From contig CAZWJU010000002.1 of assembly GCA_964634365.1 (NCBI GenBank), positions 32,069 to 96,068 on the forward strand: a stretch of DNA of 64,000 bases, read 5' to 3'. Source of the DNA: an uncultured Candidatus Saccharibacteria bacterium (lineage in GTDB: Bacteria > Patescibacteriota > Minisyncoccia > Phycocordibacterales > UBA9973). Under the pieces are notes generated by a model. The model made no database searches, was not told the origin of the DNA, and saw nothing but the letters and a program-made list of their open reading frames with translations. Shown here one piece after another: positions 55,833 to 64,000 of this stretch; within the stretch, counting starts at the first letter, position 1, and every line of letters starts with the position of its first letter. The position numbers were made by a program, and so were the translations under genes.

Positions 55833-56183
55833 TTATTTCTTAGTTGCTTTACTGTCTGAAGTAGCCTTTGCAGCTTTAGCCTGAGCGATTTCTGTCTCTT
55901 TTTGTTTCGCCTCAAGTTCCTTTTGCATCTTACCTCCGTGTCTAATAAACTTTCGAGTTGGAGAAAATTCACCTAATCTGTGACCAACCATATCTTCTGT
56001 AACGAGTACTTCTATGTGACTTTTACCATTATGTACACCAAAATTAAATCCAACCATCTCTGGAGATATCTGAGAAGCTCGTGACCAAGTCTTAATAACC
56101 CCTGTAGAAATAGGGTTTTTGCCCTCAATCTTCTTGAGGAGTCTTTCATCAACGTATGGTCCTTTTTTAAGTGATCGTGTCAT
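55833..56183 (-). CDS. rpsS: 30S ribosomal protein S19 (with Ala/Lys-rich C-terminal extension)
   Basis: [16 protein letters not shown]... canonical core. Confidence 0.9.
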   Translation of the reverse strand: MTRSLKKGPYVDERLLKKIEGKNPISTGVIKTWSRASQISPEMVGFNFGVHNGKSHIEVLVTEDMVGHRLGEFSPTRKFIRHGGKMQKELEAKQKETEIAQAKAAKATSDSKATKK

Positions 56184-56340
56184 GTGTTAGTAAAGAGTGA
56201 TTAGGCATAAAGGAATATGACACAGGTGTTTCCTGTTAACTATTCGCTTATTGCTACCCACTGTTCAATTAAAATAGCTCTCTAGGAGCGTTGAAACTAT
56301 ACTAGCAAATACGCCAAAAATGTCAAATTTTACATATTAA

Positions 56341-56366
56341 AATCCCCGAATTTGGGGATTTTACAA
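56341..56366 (-). terminator. Intrinsic terminator (AAAATCCCCGAATTTGGGGATTTT) after the inserted 103-aa gene
   Basis: Read directly. Confidence 0.65.
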
Positions 56367-56372
56367 GTTTAT

Positions 56373-56684
56373 TTAAATGAATTTTGCAAGATTGCTTATA
56401 TCTCCATCGAGATTTGGCAATAATTGTTCTTTGGAACTACTGTTGAAAAATAAGAAATTTGCACCTTTTTTGTTGGCCCAGGCCATCATATTTCTCACTT
56501 TATGCTCCAAATAAAGCAAGGGTTCATTGATGAAAATTATTATTTCGTCTTGATTTAAGTCACTATGACTCATGTTTTCTTCAAGATTCAACACTGCTAC
56601 AGAATGACCTTTTTGAATCAAATTCTCCTTGATTCTCTGAGTTACTTTTGACTCAACTTGTACCGGAACTAAGATTATCTTCAT
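56373..56684 (-). CDS. Hypothetical small alpha/beta (flavodoxin/Rossmann-like) protein inserted between rplB and rpsS
   Basis: 103 aa with alternating beta-alpha pattern (KIILVPV.., HSVAVLNL, EIIIFINEP, ANFLFFNSS); no family assigned. Confidence 0.45.
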   Translation of the reverse strand: MKIILVPVQVESKVTQRIKENLIQKGHSVAVLNLEENMSHSDLNQDEIIIFINEPLLYLEHKVRNMMAWANKKGANFLFFNSSSKEQLLPNLDGDISNLAKFI

Positions 56685-56746
56685 TTCGTTTAATTTTGCC
56701 TCAATCTAACACAAAACAAAATCCGGGGCAAACCCGGATTTTGTTT

Positions 56747-57592
56747 TTAACCTTTTCTATTTTTTCCTGTCTTACGACGAGATACGATGAGATGGTTTGA
56801 GTATTTTTTAGGTGTACGAGTCTTTCGTCCTCCTGTAACTTTACCCCACATAGTTTTTGGTCGGCGAGTTCCGCGTCCTTGGCGTCCTTCTCCTCCTCCG
56901 TATGGGTGATCAACTGGGTTCATCACAGATCCACGGACTGTTGGGCGAATACCCTTCCAGCGACTGCGTCCTGCTTTACCTATAGATTCTAGAGCGTGTT
57001 CACCATTTGAAACTTCCCCTATACAAGCGAAACATTCTTCTGAAACTTTACGAATTTCAGTTGAAGGCATCTTTAGGTGTGTTTGACCATCTGAGTTTGC
57101 AACTACTTGAGTAAACACTCCTGCGCCACGAGAAATTTTAGCACCACCTTTTGGTTTTAGTTCTATGTTGTAGACAAAAGTACCTACAGGTATTTTTCTC
57201 AAAGGCAGTCTGTTTCCGGTAGTTAAAGGAGCACTTTCAGATACAATAAAAGTATCTCCTACTTTCATGCTCTTTGGAGCAATAACATATCTTTTTTCTC
57301 CGTCTTTGTATACAGCAAGAGCGATAAAAGCTGTTCTGTTTGGATCGTACTCGATTGAAGCAATCTTAGCAGGAATATCAAATTTATTGTAAAGAAAATC
57401 TACATCTCTAAATAAACGTTTGTGACCTCCTCCTTTGTGGCGAGTTGTAATACGTCCTTGATTGTTTCTTCCAACAGAACGCTTGCGACCATATACGAGA
57501 GATTTTTCAGGCTTTGCGCCAGAAAGCAACTCACGATATGGAACCGTTGTCATGTGTCTGCGTGATGGAGTTGTTGGTTTATATGATTTCAT
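56747..57592 (-). CDS. rplB: 50S ribosomal protein L2
   Basis: 281 aa, canonical L2 blocks (GRNNQG, HKGGGHKR). Confidence 0.95.
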   Translation of the reverse strand: MKSYKPTTPSRRHMTTVPYRELLSGAKPEKSLVYGRKRSVGRNNQGRITTRHKGGGHKRLFRDVDFLYNKFDIPAKIASIEYDPNRTAFIALAVYKDGEKRYVIAPKSMKVGDTFIVSESAPLTTGNRLPLRKIPVGTFVYNIELKPKGGAKISRGAGVFTQVVANSDGQTHLKMPSTEIRKVSEECFACIGEVSNGEHALESIGKAGRSRWKGIRPTVRGSVMNPVDHPYGGGEGRQGRGTRRPKTMWGKVTGGRKTRTPKKYSNHLIVSRRKTGKNRKG

Positions 57593-57614
57593 ATTTAATA
57601 ATACTATTCCCTAT

Positions 57615-57914
57615 TTATATTAATTCTATACTATCGCCTTTTTTAAGATAAACATAAGCTTTCTTACCTCCACTTGTGGTTCCCTTCTTGCCTCGTACAG
57701 TAATTTTATTTTTTCTAATTGTAACTATACCCACTTTTATAGGAGTAACTTTATATTTAGCTACGATGTTCTTTATTATTTCAGGTTTAGTTGCATCAGG
57801 AGAAACATCGAAAGTGTATACATTTTTTGTAGATATAAATGCAGCCTTTTCACTTATGCGAGGTCGCTTTATGATACCCTCTTTTCCTTTTTTTGTTTTA
57901 TTTGTTGTAGCCAT
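57615..57914 (-). CDS. rplW: 50S ribosomal protein L23
   Basis: 99 aa L23; shares its first 9 codons with rplD. Confidence 0.85.
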   Translation of the reverse strand: MATTNKTKKGKEGIIKRPRISEKAAFISTKNVYTFDVSPDATKPEIIKNIVAKYKVTPIKVGIVTIRKNKITVRGKKGTTSGGKKAYVYLKKGDSIELI

Positions 57915-57918
57915 AAAA

Positions 57919-58659
57919 TTATTTTGAATTTACACGTTTTGTAAGCGCAGAAAGAGAAACTTCTGGATCAACGATAATAATGTATTTGTAGTTCAAAATT
58001 TGTGCTGGGTTTATATCCAAAACAGATTCTAGTCTAACTGCAGGAATATTTCCAAAAGGTCGTAGTGAGACTTCATCAACTTGTGGGAATATAAGTGCTG
58101 TATTTTTTCTTTTGTTTACTCCAATCTTTTCAAAACCACTGATAGATTTTAGAGCATTAATTACAGAAGCACCTTCTTTTGTCTTAGAACCAATTTTTAG
58201 ATTAGAAACAAACAACACTTGGCCACTTTTCCACTTTTCAGATAGAACAGTTGCTAGAGCTTTATTTCTCATCTTCTTATTGATCTTTCTCTTGTAGTTT
58301 TTGTCTGTAATTGGACCATGAGTAGTACCTCCACCAACCCATATTGGTGAACGACTTGAACCGTGACGAGATCGTCCTGTTCCTTTTTGCTTCCAAGGTT
58401 TGATACCTCCACCACGTACTTCACCACGATCTTTTGTGTCTGCAGTACCAGCACGCTTGTTTCCCAAGATACTTGTAACTACCTGATGAACCATGTCACC
58501 ATTCCATTTTACGCCAAAAACATTTTCTGGAAGCTTAATTGTCTCTCCAGCAACACCTTTTTGGTCATAGACAACTGCATCTAAAGAAACAGTTTTAGTC
58601 TTTGGGCCTGTTTCAGAAACTTTCTTTACAGATTTTTTTGTTTTATTTGTTGTAGCCAT
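57919..58659 (-). CDS. rplD: 50S ribosomal protein L4 (N-terminal extension)
   Basis: Core ..GGGIKPWKQKGTGRSRHGS.. canonical. Confidence 0.9.
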   Translation of the reverse strand: MATTNKTKKSVKKVSETGPKTKTVSLDAVVYDQKGVAGETIKLPENVFGVKWNGDMVHQVVTSILGNKRAGTADTKDRGEVRGGGIKPWKQKGTGRSRHGSSRSPIWVGGGTTHGPITDKNYKRKINKKMRNKALATVLSEKWKSGQVLFVSNLKIGSKTKEGASVINALKSISGFEKIGVNKRKNTALIFPQVDEVSLRPFGNIPAVRLESVLDINPAQILNYKYIIIVDPEVSLSALTKRVNSK

Positions 58660-58663
58660 AAAA

Positions 58664-59278
58664 TTATTTTGAAGTTACCTCAACAAGCGTACCACGACGA
58701 CCAGGTATGGCACCTTTTATAAATAAAGTATTTGTTTCAGGATCAATAGCAACAACAGTAAGATTCTCTACAGTGATAAAATCACTTCCCATTCTTCCCG
58801 CCATGCGCATTCCTTTAATAACACGTCCTCCAGCACGTCCTCCTCCTCCAATAGAACCTGGAGCGCGTTCTGAGTGCTTGCGTCCATGAGATCTCTTATC
58901 TCCATGGAAACCGTGACGCTTAACTACACCTTGAAAACCTTTACCTTTTGTAATACCACTAACACTTACGTTATCGCCTACTGCGAATTGATCTAAGTTT
59001 AGAGTGTCGCCACGTTTTAATGTTGGATTCTCCATTCTCCATTCACGCAAGAATCTAAAAGATCCTAAATCTTTTGTATGTCCAATTTCTGCTTTTGTTT
59101 TGCGTTCTGGCTTTTGAGTGCCGTAACCAACTTGAACAGCAGAATATCCGTCTTTGTCCTTTTCTTTAACCTGTGTAACAACAATTGGGCCTGTAGAAAC
59201 TAGAGTCACAGGAACAACCTTACCGTCTTCGGTAAAATAGTTTGCCATATGTTGTTTTGTTCCGAGAATAAATTTCAT
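58664..59278 (-). CDS. rplC: 50S ribosomal protein L3
   Basis: Canonical L3, 204 aa. Confidence 0.9.
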   Translation of the reverse strand: MKFILGTKQHMANYFTEDGKVVPVTLVSTGPIVVTQVKEKDKDGYSAVQVGYGTQKPERKTKAEIGHTKDLGSFRFLREWRMENPTLKRGDTLNLDQFAVGDNVSVSGITKGKGFQGVVKRHGFHGDKRSHGRKHSERAPGSIGGGGRAGGRVIKGMRMAGRMGSDFITVENLTVVAIDPETNTLFIKGAIPGRRGTLVEVTSK

Positions 59279-59371
59279 ATTAGTAATTTAAGTGATAAGG
59301 CAAAGAAAACAGTGAGAGTAAATTTCTTTACTCACTCTGCTTTACTTTGCGCCATTTATTATGCGCGCCTA

Positions 59372-59746
59372 TTAGAGCATCTTTACATCAATATCAACAC
59401 CAGAAGGAAGACTTAGATTCGTTAGCGCTTCGATAGTCTTTTGATTTGGATTCAATATATCGATAACACGCTTGTGAACACGCATTTCAAATTGTTCACG
59501 AGAATTTTTATATACGAATGAAGCACGGTTAACAGTATATTTCTTGATCTCTGTTGGAAGAGGTATTGGACCTACTACCGTAGCATCATAGCGCAACGCT
59601 GTGTCTATGATTTGCTTTACAGAAGCATCGAGAATCTTGTTCTCATACGCACGTACGCGTATGCGAAGCTTGATACTAGCATCGTCCTTCACTGCTTTTG
59701 TTGTCTTCTTGCGAGTTGCTTTTGGTTTTGTTGTTTTTGTTGTCAT
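59372..59746 (-). CDS. rpsJ: 30S ribosomal protein S10 (Thr/Lys-rich N-terminal extension)
   Basis: Core IRVRAYENKILDAS... canonical. Confidence 0.9.
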   Translation of the reverse strand: MTTKTTKPKATRKKTTKAVKDDASIKLRIRVRAYENKILDASVKQIIDTALRYDATVVGPIPLPTEIKKYTVNRASFVYKNSREQFEMRVHKRVIDILNPNQKTIEALTNLSLPSGVDIDVKML

Positions 59747-59787
59747 GAATGAACTTCTTTAAGTGCTTTCGCACAATAATCTTTCTG

Positions 59788-60984
59788 TTATGCAGTAATT
59801 TTAGTTACAACACCAGCTCCAACTGTCTTACCTCCTTCACGGATAGCAAAGCGCTGTTGTTCTTCTAGTGCAACTGGAGTAATAAGCTTAACTTTGAAAG
59901 TTATAGTATCTCCAGGCATAACCATTTCTACTCCATCTGGAAGTGTAACTTCTCCAGTAACGTCAGTTGTACGGATGTAGAATTGTGGCTTGTAACCCTT
60001 GAAAAATGGTGTGTGGCGACCTCCTTCTTCTTTCTTCAAGATGTAAACTTCACACTCAAATTGATCATGTGGAGTAACAGATCCAGTTTTTGCTAGAACT
60101 TGTCCACGAGTAATATCTTCTTTCTTTGTACCGCGAAGTAGAATACCAGCGTTGTCTCCAGCTTGTCCTTCGTTTAGGTTTTTGTTGAACATTTCAATAC
60201 CAGTAACAGTTGTTTTAGCTGTAGGTCTGATACCAACGATTTCAATTTCTTCTCCAACCTTTACGATTCCACGTTCGATTTTACCTGTAGCAACAGTTCC
60301 ACGTCCTTCGATAGAGAAGATGTCTTCAACTGCCATAAGGAAAGGCTTAGCTACGTCACGTTCTGGAACTGGGATGTATGTATCTAGAGCTTCTGTAAGT
60401 TCAAGAACTTTCTTTGCCCATTCATCTTCCATTGAAGTTGCTTCTAGAGCTTTTAGTCCTGATCCACGGATCACAGGAGCATTTGCACCATCAAAGCCTT
60501 GTTTTGTAAGGATTTCACGGATCTCTTCTTCAACTAGGTCGATAAGATCTTTGTCATCAACCATGTCGCACTTGTTTAGGAAAACAATGATCTTTGGAAC
60601 ACCAACTTGTTTTGCAAGAAGAACGTGTTCGCGAGTTTGTGGCATAGCACCATCAGTAGCTGCAACCACTAGGATTGCACCGTCCATCTGAGCTGCACCA
60701 GTAATCATGTTTTTGATGTAGTCAGCGTGACCTGGAGCATCAATGTGTGCATAGTGACGAGTAGGAGTTTCATACTCGTTGTGTGAAAGGTTAATAGTAA
60801 TACCACGAGCCTTTTCTTCAGGCGCAGAGTCAATAGCGTTAACGTCTTTTAGCTTAACTTTGTTACCCGCCATGTCCAAAACATGCAGTATTGCTGCAGT
60901 TAATGTTGTCTTTCCATGGTCTACGTGACCAATTGTTCCCACGTTTACGTGAGGCTTACTTCGATCGAATGCTTCTGTTGCCAT
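59788..60984 (-). CDS. tuf: Elongation factor Tu
   Basis: [19 protein letters not shown] GTPase motifs; 398 aa. Confidence 0.97.
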   Translation of the reverse strand: MATEAFDRSKPHVNVGTIGHVDHGKTTLTAAILHVLDMAGNKVKLKDVNAIDSAPEEKARGITINLSHNEYETPTRHYAHIDAPGHADYIKNMITGAAQMDGAILVVAATDGAMPQTREHVLLAKQVGVPKIIVFLNKCDMVDDKDLIDLVEEEIREILTKQGFDGANAPVIRGSGLKALEATSMEDEWAKKVLELTEALDTYIPVPERDVAKPFLMAVEDIFSIEGRGTVATGKIERGIVKVGEEIEIVGIRPTAKTTVTGIEMFNKNLNEGQAGDNAGILLRGTKKEDITRGQVLAKTGSVTPHDQFECEVYILKKEEGGRHTPFFKGYKPQFYIRTTDVTGEVTLPDGVEMVMPGDTITFKVKLITPVALEEQQRFAIREGGKTVGAGVVTKITA

Positions 60985-61186
60985 ATTTTTGAGATCACAG
61001 AGGAATAGACGAGCTATTCATGTGTAAAATTATGTAAATTAATAATACTGTTCAAATAAAAACAGCGCAAAATTGCGATGCCCTCATATTAGCAAATACT
61101 AAAATATTGTCAAATTAAAGCCTAAAAAATCAACTTTCTTGTAAAAAAACTATATAGTGGTAAAGTGGGTAAAAATCGTACAAATT

Positions 61187-61948
61187 ATGGAAAAAATCAA
61201 TCAATTTGAGCTTTTTGAAAAACACCAGAATGACCCATTGAGAATTCTATACGAACTTGGAGGGTTCTATGAGTGTCCAAAAGACAAAGAAGGAAAAAGG
61301 CTCGGCCCACTTGTTGGTTACGCAGGAAAATATACCGGAGAAGACGGCTCGGCAAGACAATATGTTGGTGATATATATGCAAATTTCTCTGTCCTTGAGC
61401 AATATCCGATATTGCTATACCGCCTAGCTAACATTATGACCATAAAAAACGACCCTATATTTTCAAAAACTGATCTTATCTGTGGTCCGCAAATGGGTGG
61501 TATTGCAATAGCACAAATGCTTGCGTATATAACAGGCAGTCGTTTTGCCTATATAGAGAAAAAAGTAACTCAACTCGCGACAGATAACATGCGCGAACAA
61601 GCAACTTTGAATTTCATCCGACATTCTATTTTCCCAGGGGAAAAAGTAATCATTGTGGAAGATGTTCTCAATAACTTCTCTACAACAAAAGAAACTATTG
61701 AAATGATAGAAGCAAGAGGCGGAGAAGTAGTCGCTATTGGTGGATTACTTAACCGCTCAGTCACGATAGATAATGAATATGATTTTAATAAAAGAAATAT
61801 TCCAGTATTTTCACTCGTGAAAAAACCTTTTGCAGAATACAAACAAGATGATCCTTTTGTGGCTTCAGATATCCAGACAGGCAATATTGTTCTCAAGCCA
61901 AAAAATGAATGGTCGAAACTTGCCTATGCAATGATTCAAAACAAATAA
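61187..61948 (+). CDS. Phosphoribosyltransferase-fold protein (OPRT/PyrE-like, degenerate PRPP loop)
   Basis: ..ICGPQMGGIAIAQMLAYITG.. and VIIVEDVLNNFSTTKET resemble type I PRTase blocks. Confidence 0.4.
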   Translation: MEKINQFELFEKHQNDPLRILYELGGFYECPKDKEGKRLGPLVGYAGKYTGEDGSARQYVGDIYANFSVLEQYPILLYRLANIMTIKNDPIFSKTDLICGPQMGGIAIAQMLAYITGSRFAYIEKKVTQLATDNMREQATLNFIRHSIFPGEKVIIVEDVLNNFSTTKETIEMIEARGGEVVAIGGLLNRSVTIDNEYDFNKRNIPVFSLVKKPFAEYKQDDPFVASDIQTGNIVLKPKNEWSKLAYAMIQNK

Positions 61949-61950
61949 AA

Positions 61951-61979
61951 ATTAAAACCGCCTACTTCTGAGGCGGTTT
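61951..61979. terminator. Bidirectional terminator (AAAACCGCCT acttctg AGGCGGTTTT)
   Basis: Read directly. Confidence 0.7.
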
Positions 61980-61981
61980 TT

Positions 61982-62707
61982 TTATTTTTCGATCATATCA
62001 AACATGTCTTTGGCTAAACTTTCAGGCTTTTGAGCGTCTTTATCCCAATCCACCTTTATTTTAGGCCTTCTGGTCTCGGTTTCATCGTTAAAATCAGCTC
62101 TCATTTTGGGAGTATCGATGATTTTCGGCTCAATAAGCAAGTATTCAAACTTTTCATCCTTATCCAAACCTCTTGAAACAGTCTGCTTTGAGAAATTCCT
62201 TTTTGAGAAGACATACCCCCACTCTGGCCAGGTAAGCAGATCTTTAAGCGGAAAAGAGGCAGCATGAGACGAAACATTCAAAATCTTCACCTTGTTTTCA
62301 GATTTGTAGCATTTTTTCATTGCATCTACGAAACGCATAGGAGCGAGAAAGTTTTGCTCCTCCAGGTCCTCGATAGCGTTCAATCTTTGCTCGTCTGTGG
62401 TCTCACCTGGATATTTGTAATCCCAGGCGAACTTGCCAGTCGAATTGATGACACAATCTACTTCATGCATCCGAGTAAATATTGTATTTAAAGCTTCTTC
62501 GATATTTATACTAGAACCAAGGTCTAGAGAAATAACATCAACACTATCTCCATGTTGATCTTTCAGGGCCTGAAGCTTTTCTTCATTTCTACCAAAAGCC
62601 ACTACTTTATAACCTCGACTCACCCCTTCGGCCACGACAAACTGACCTATCTCTCCTGTAGCCCCAGTGATAAAACATATTTTTTTATTTTCCATATTTG
62701 TGTTCAT
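61982..62707 (-). CDS. Short-chain dehydrogenase/reductase family oxidoreductase
   Basis: N-terminal ITGATGEIG Rossmann motif; catalytic YVFSK (YxxxK). Confidence 0.7.
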   Translation of the reverse strand: MNTNMENKKICFITGATGEIGQFVVAEGVSRGYKVVAFGRNEEKLQALKDQHGDSVDVISLDLGSSINIEEALNTIFTRMHEVDCVINSTGKFAWDYKYPGETTDEQRLNAIEDLEEQNFLAPMRFVDAMKKCYKSENKVKILNVSSHAASFPLKDLLTWPEWGYVFSKRNFSKQTVSRGLDKDEKFEYLLIEPKIIDTPKMRADFNDETETRRPKIKVDWDKDAQKPESLAKDMFDMIEK

Positions 62708-62791
62708 TTTTCCTAGTGTACCTTTTTATTTGTGAATATCAAATGAACAGAATGATTCCAAAAATAAAAACCCTCGCGCGGGGTTTTAAAA

Positions 62792-63229
62792 TCATCTGTT
62801 CAATTTTTGGTTCATATCCAAGTCATCACGAATCTCTTTTAAAATACTTAAGAGATTTCTCTTGTCTACTTCGTGAACCTCCGACCCCTTGAGGTCGATA
62901 TACTGCTTTACGAGATCAATCGCAAATTCTTTGTTGCGACTCTTGAAAACACCATCGAGAACACTGGTGAGTTGTATAACCCCCAAGTATTCAACATTTC
63001 TATCGATGCTTGCTGTGATACTTTTACTGGCTATTTCTTGCTTCCTCTCTGGTTTTGATTTTGAACTAGCCATCAAATCAAAAGCATAGTTCAACCTTTT
63101 GAGGTTCTCGCGACCGAGCATATACTGCTTGCCATTTACCAGTCTAATCAGTGCATTTATTGTATCTTTAGCTTTTTTATATCTATGAAAAGCTGCTGGT
63201 TTCTTGAATACTTCTATTTTTCTTTGCAT
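62792..63229 (-). CDS. Hypothetical protein (start probably at the internal Met MQRKIEVF)
   Basis: ORF with terminator hairpin downstream (62765-62790); no family recognised. Confidence 0.4.
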   Translation of the reverse strand: MQRKIEVFKKPAAFHRYKKAKDTINALIRLVNGKQYMLGRENLKRLNYAFDLMASSKSKPERKQEIASKSITASIDRNVEYLGVIQLTSVLDGVFKSRNKEFAIDLVKQYIDLKGSEVHEVDKRNLLSILKEIRDDLDMNQKLNR

Positions 63230-63319
63230 GTTACATTTATTTAAAATCAAAATACCACATAATACAAATATTGACAAGAGCGGGGTTTTAAACTAAAGTA
63301 TTTAAAAAGTTCACAAATT

Positions 63320-63895
63320 ATGGAAAGAAAAAATCTTTTTATGGTGCTGCTCGGATGCAAACCCGAAGGCAGAAATACAGAACAGCATGACATCTTTTTT
63401 GGTGTCGGAGAAAAATTATCTGATTTAAAACAACAGATGATTGATTTCTGGCCTGAAGCACAAACTACTGAAAAAAATACTCTGCATGTAGATGTATGGA
63501 AAGAAGTAAAATGTGTAAATGGATACAAAGTTGTCGCCTTCCCCTTAAGAGCTGGTGAAAAAATAAAGACAGCGAAAAATTTATACTTCATAAATTTTGG
63601 AGCCTATACTCCAAACGAATTCGAAGAAGACCATAAAAAAATATTGGTTGTTGCTGAGTCGATTGAGGTAGCAAAGGTAGAGGCACTGAAACACCCATTT
63701 TACAAAAATGGTCAAAAAGCACCTGCTGGAGCAAGATCACACGTAGACGACAAATTTGATATCGATGACGTGTTAAAAATCGAAATTCCTGGTTACAGAA
63801 TTGCTTTGGAAAAAATTTCAAAAATCCAAGCCGCTCATATGGAAATGGAAACACCTATAAATTCTGGGTATCTGCCATTGAAGCTCATAAAATAA
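63320..63895 (+). CDS. Hypothetical protein, DUF1543-like
   Basis: N-terminal ..LFMVLLGCKPEGRNTEQHDIFFGVGE.. resembles the DUF1543 opening block. Confidence 0.35.
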   Translation: MERKNLFMVLLGCKPEGRNTEQHDIFFGVGEKLSDLKQQMIDFWPEAQTTEKNTLHVDVWKEVKCVNGYKVVAFPLRAGEKIKTAKNLYFINFGAYTPNEFEEDHKKILVVAESIEVAKVEALKHPFYKNGQKAPAGARSHVDDKFDIDDVLKIEIPGYRIALEKISKIQAAHMEMETPINSGYLPLKLIK

Positions 63896-63900
63896 AGAAA

Positions 63901-63926
63901 CCCGTCCAACTGGACGGGTTTTTAAT
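63901..63926 (+). terminator. Intrinsic terminator (AAACCCGTCCA act GGACGGGTTT)
   Basis: Read directly; a second hairpin GTGGCTTAAGCCAC follows at ~63940. Confidence 0.65.
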
Positions 63927-64000
63927 TTTATTTTTTTTGTGGCTTAAGCCACTCTTTTTTAATCTTTCCCACAAGCCAAGGAGCGTTTTTGGGTTGATCT

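Noticed and set aside
56701-56913. 70-aa minus-strand ORF at the 3' end of rplB
   Set aside because: Out-of-frame overlap with the highly conserved L2 coding sequence; no independent support.
60152-60691. 179-aa plus-strand ORF antisense to tuf, and similar antisense ORFs (e.g. 201-389, 8524-9003, 27144-27449, 43203-43670, 18693-18992)
   Set aside because: They lie entirely antisense to confidently identified conserved genes and have low-complexity, Ser/Arg/Pro-rich translations typical of antisense frames in AT-rich DNA.
1-64000. Alternative genetic code (UGA=Gly, code 25) as in some Patescibacteria
   Set aside because: Long conserved proteins (EF-Tu 398 aa, SecY 423 aa, FtsH 638 aa, LigA, RecG) are full length with standard stops. 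The single in-frame TAG in the DUF3644-like gene is isolated, so global recoding is not supported.
1-64000. CRISPR arrays, IS/transposase genes, rRNA genes
   Set aside because: No short direct repeats with regular unique spacers were seen. No DDE or HTH transposase-like ORF and no rRNA-like conserved sequence occur in the window. The only recombinase is the truncated serine recombinase at the left edge.

Overview
This 64-kb window is a low-GC (about 33-36% by eye) bacterial chromosome segment that reads cleanly with the standard genetic code. Its gene content looks like a Candidate Phyla Radiation / Patescibacteria-type small genome, though that placement is inference from sequence alone. Main contents, left to right: (1) a 5'-truncated large serine recombinase whose 3' end overlaps a minus-strand tRNA-Asp/Met/CAT cluster, followed by a two-gene accessory islet: an unknown protein and a membrane-anchored HEPN-like (Rx4H) protein. 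(2) gatCA and ligA. (3) A roughly 16-kb type IV pilus / DNA-uptake super-locus (7.7-24.2 kb): PilX-like, three minor pseudopilins, pilD, two tandem pilins, pilC, pilT, a receiver, pilB, an FN3-like protein, pilO/N/M and a divergent comFC. A 969-aa secreted protein is embedded in it (M23 peptidase + seven near-identical SBBP propeller blades + Ig-like repeats + T9SS-type C-terminal sorting domain), next to a LysM protein. (4) Two type-II tRNAs (one with an odd ACT anticodon) followed by a ~1.85-kb islet. The islet is bounded by direct repeats of the tRNA 3' end and carries a DUF3644-like gene interrupted by one in-frame TAG. (5) A histidine kinase / receiver pair, a cupredoxin-like protein, recG, a phenylalanine-4-hydroxylase-like gene, tRNA-Ile(UAU), ftsH, and smpB followed directly by tmRNA. 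A ~60-nt structured element sits after the tRNA-Ile terminator and again after the tmRNA terminator. (6) truB, infC-rpmI-rplT, a LOG-like gene, a beta-CASP RNase, a membrane protein with a long structured leader, ndk, and a 909-aa TraD/VirD4-like ATPase. (7) The tuf-S10-spc ribosomal cluster through secY-adk-map, which lacks L30, has a Zn-type S14, and is interrupted twice by non-ribosomal genes that carry their own terminators. No CRISPR array, transposase or rRNA was seen. Many features end in canonical AAAATCCCC...GGGGATTTT-type intrinsic terminators.
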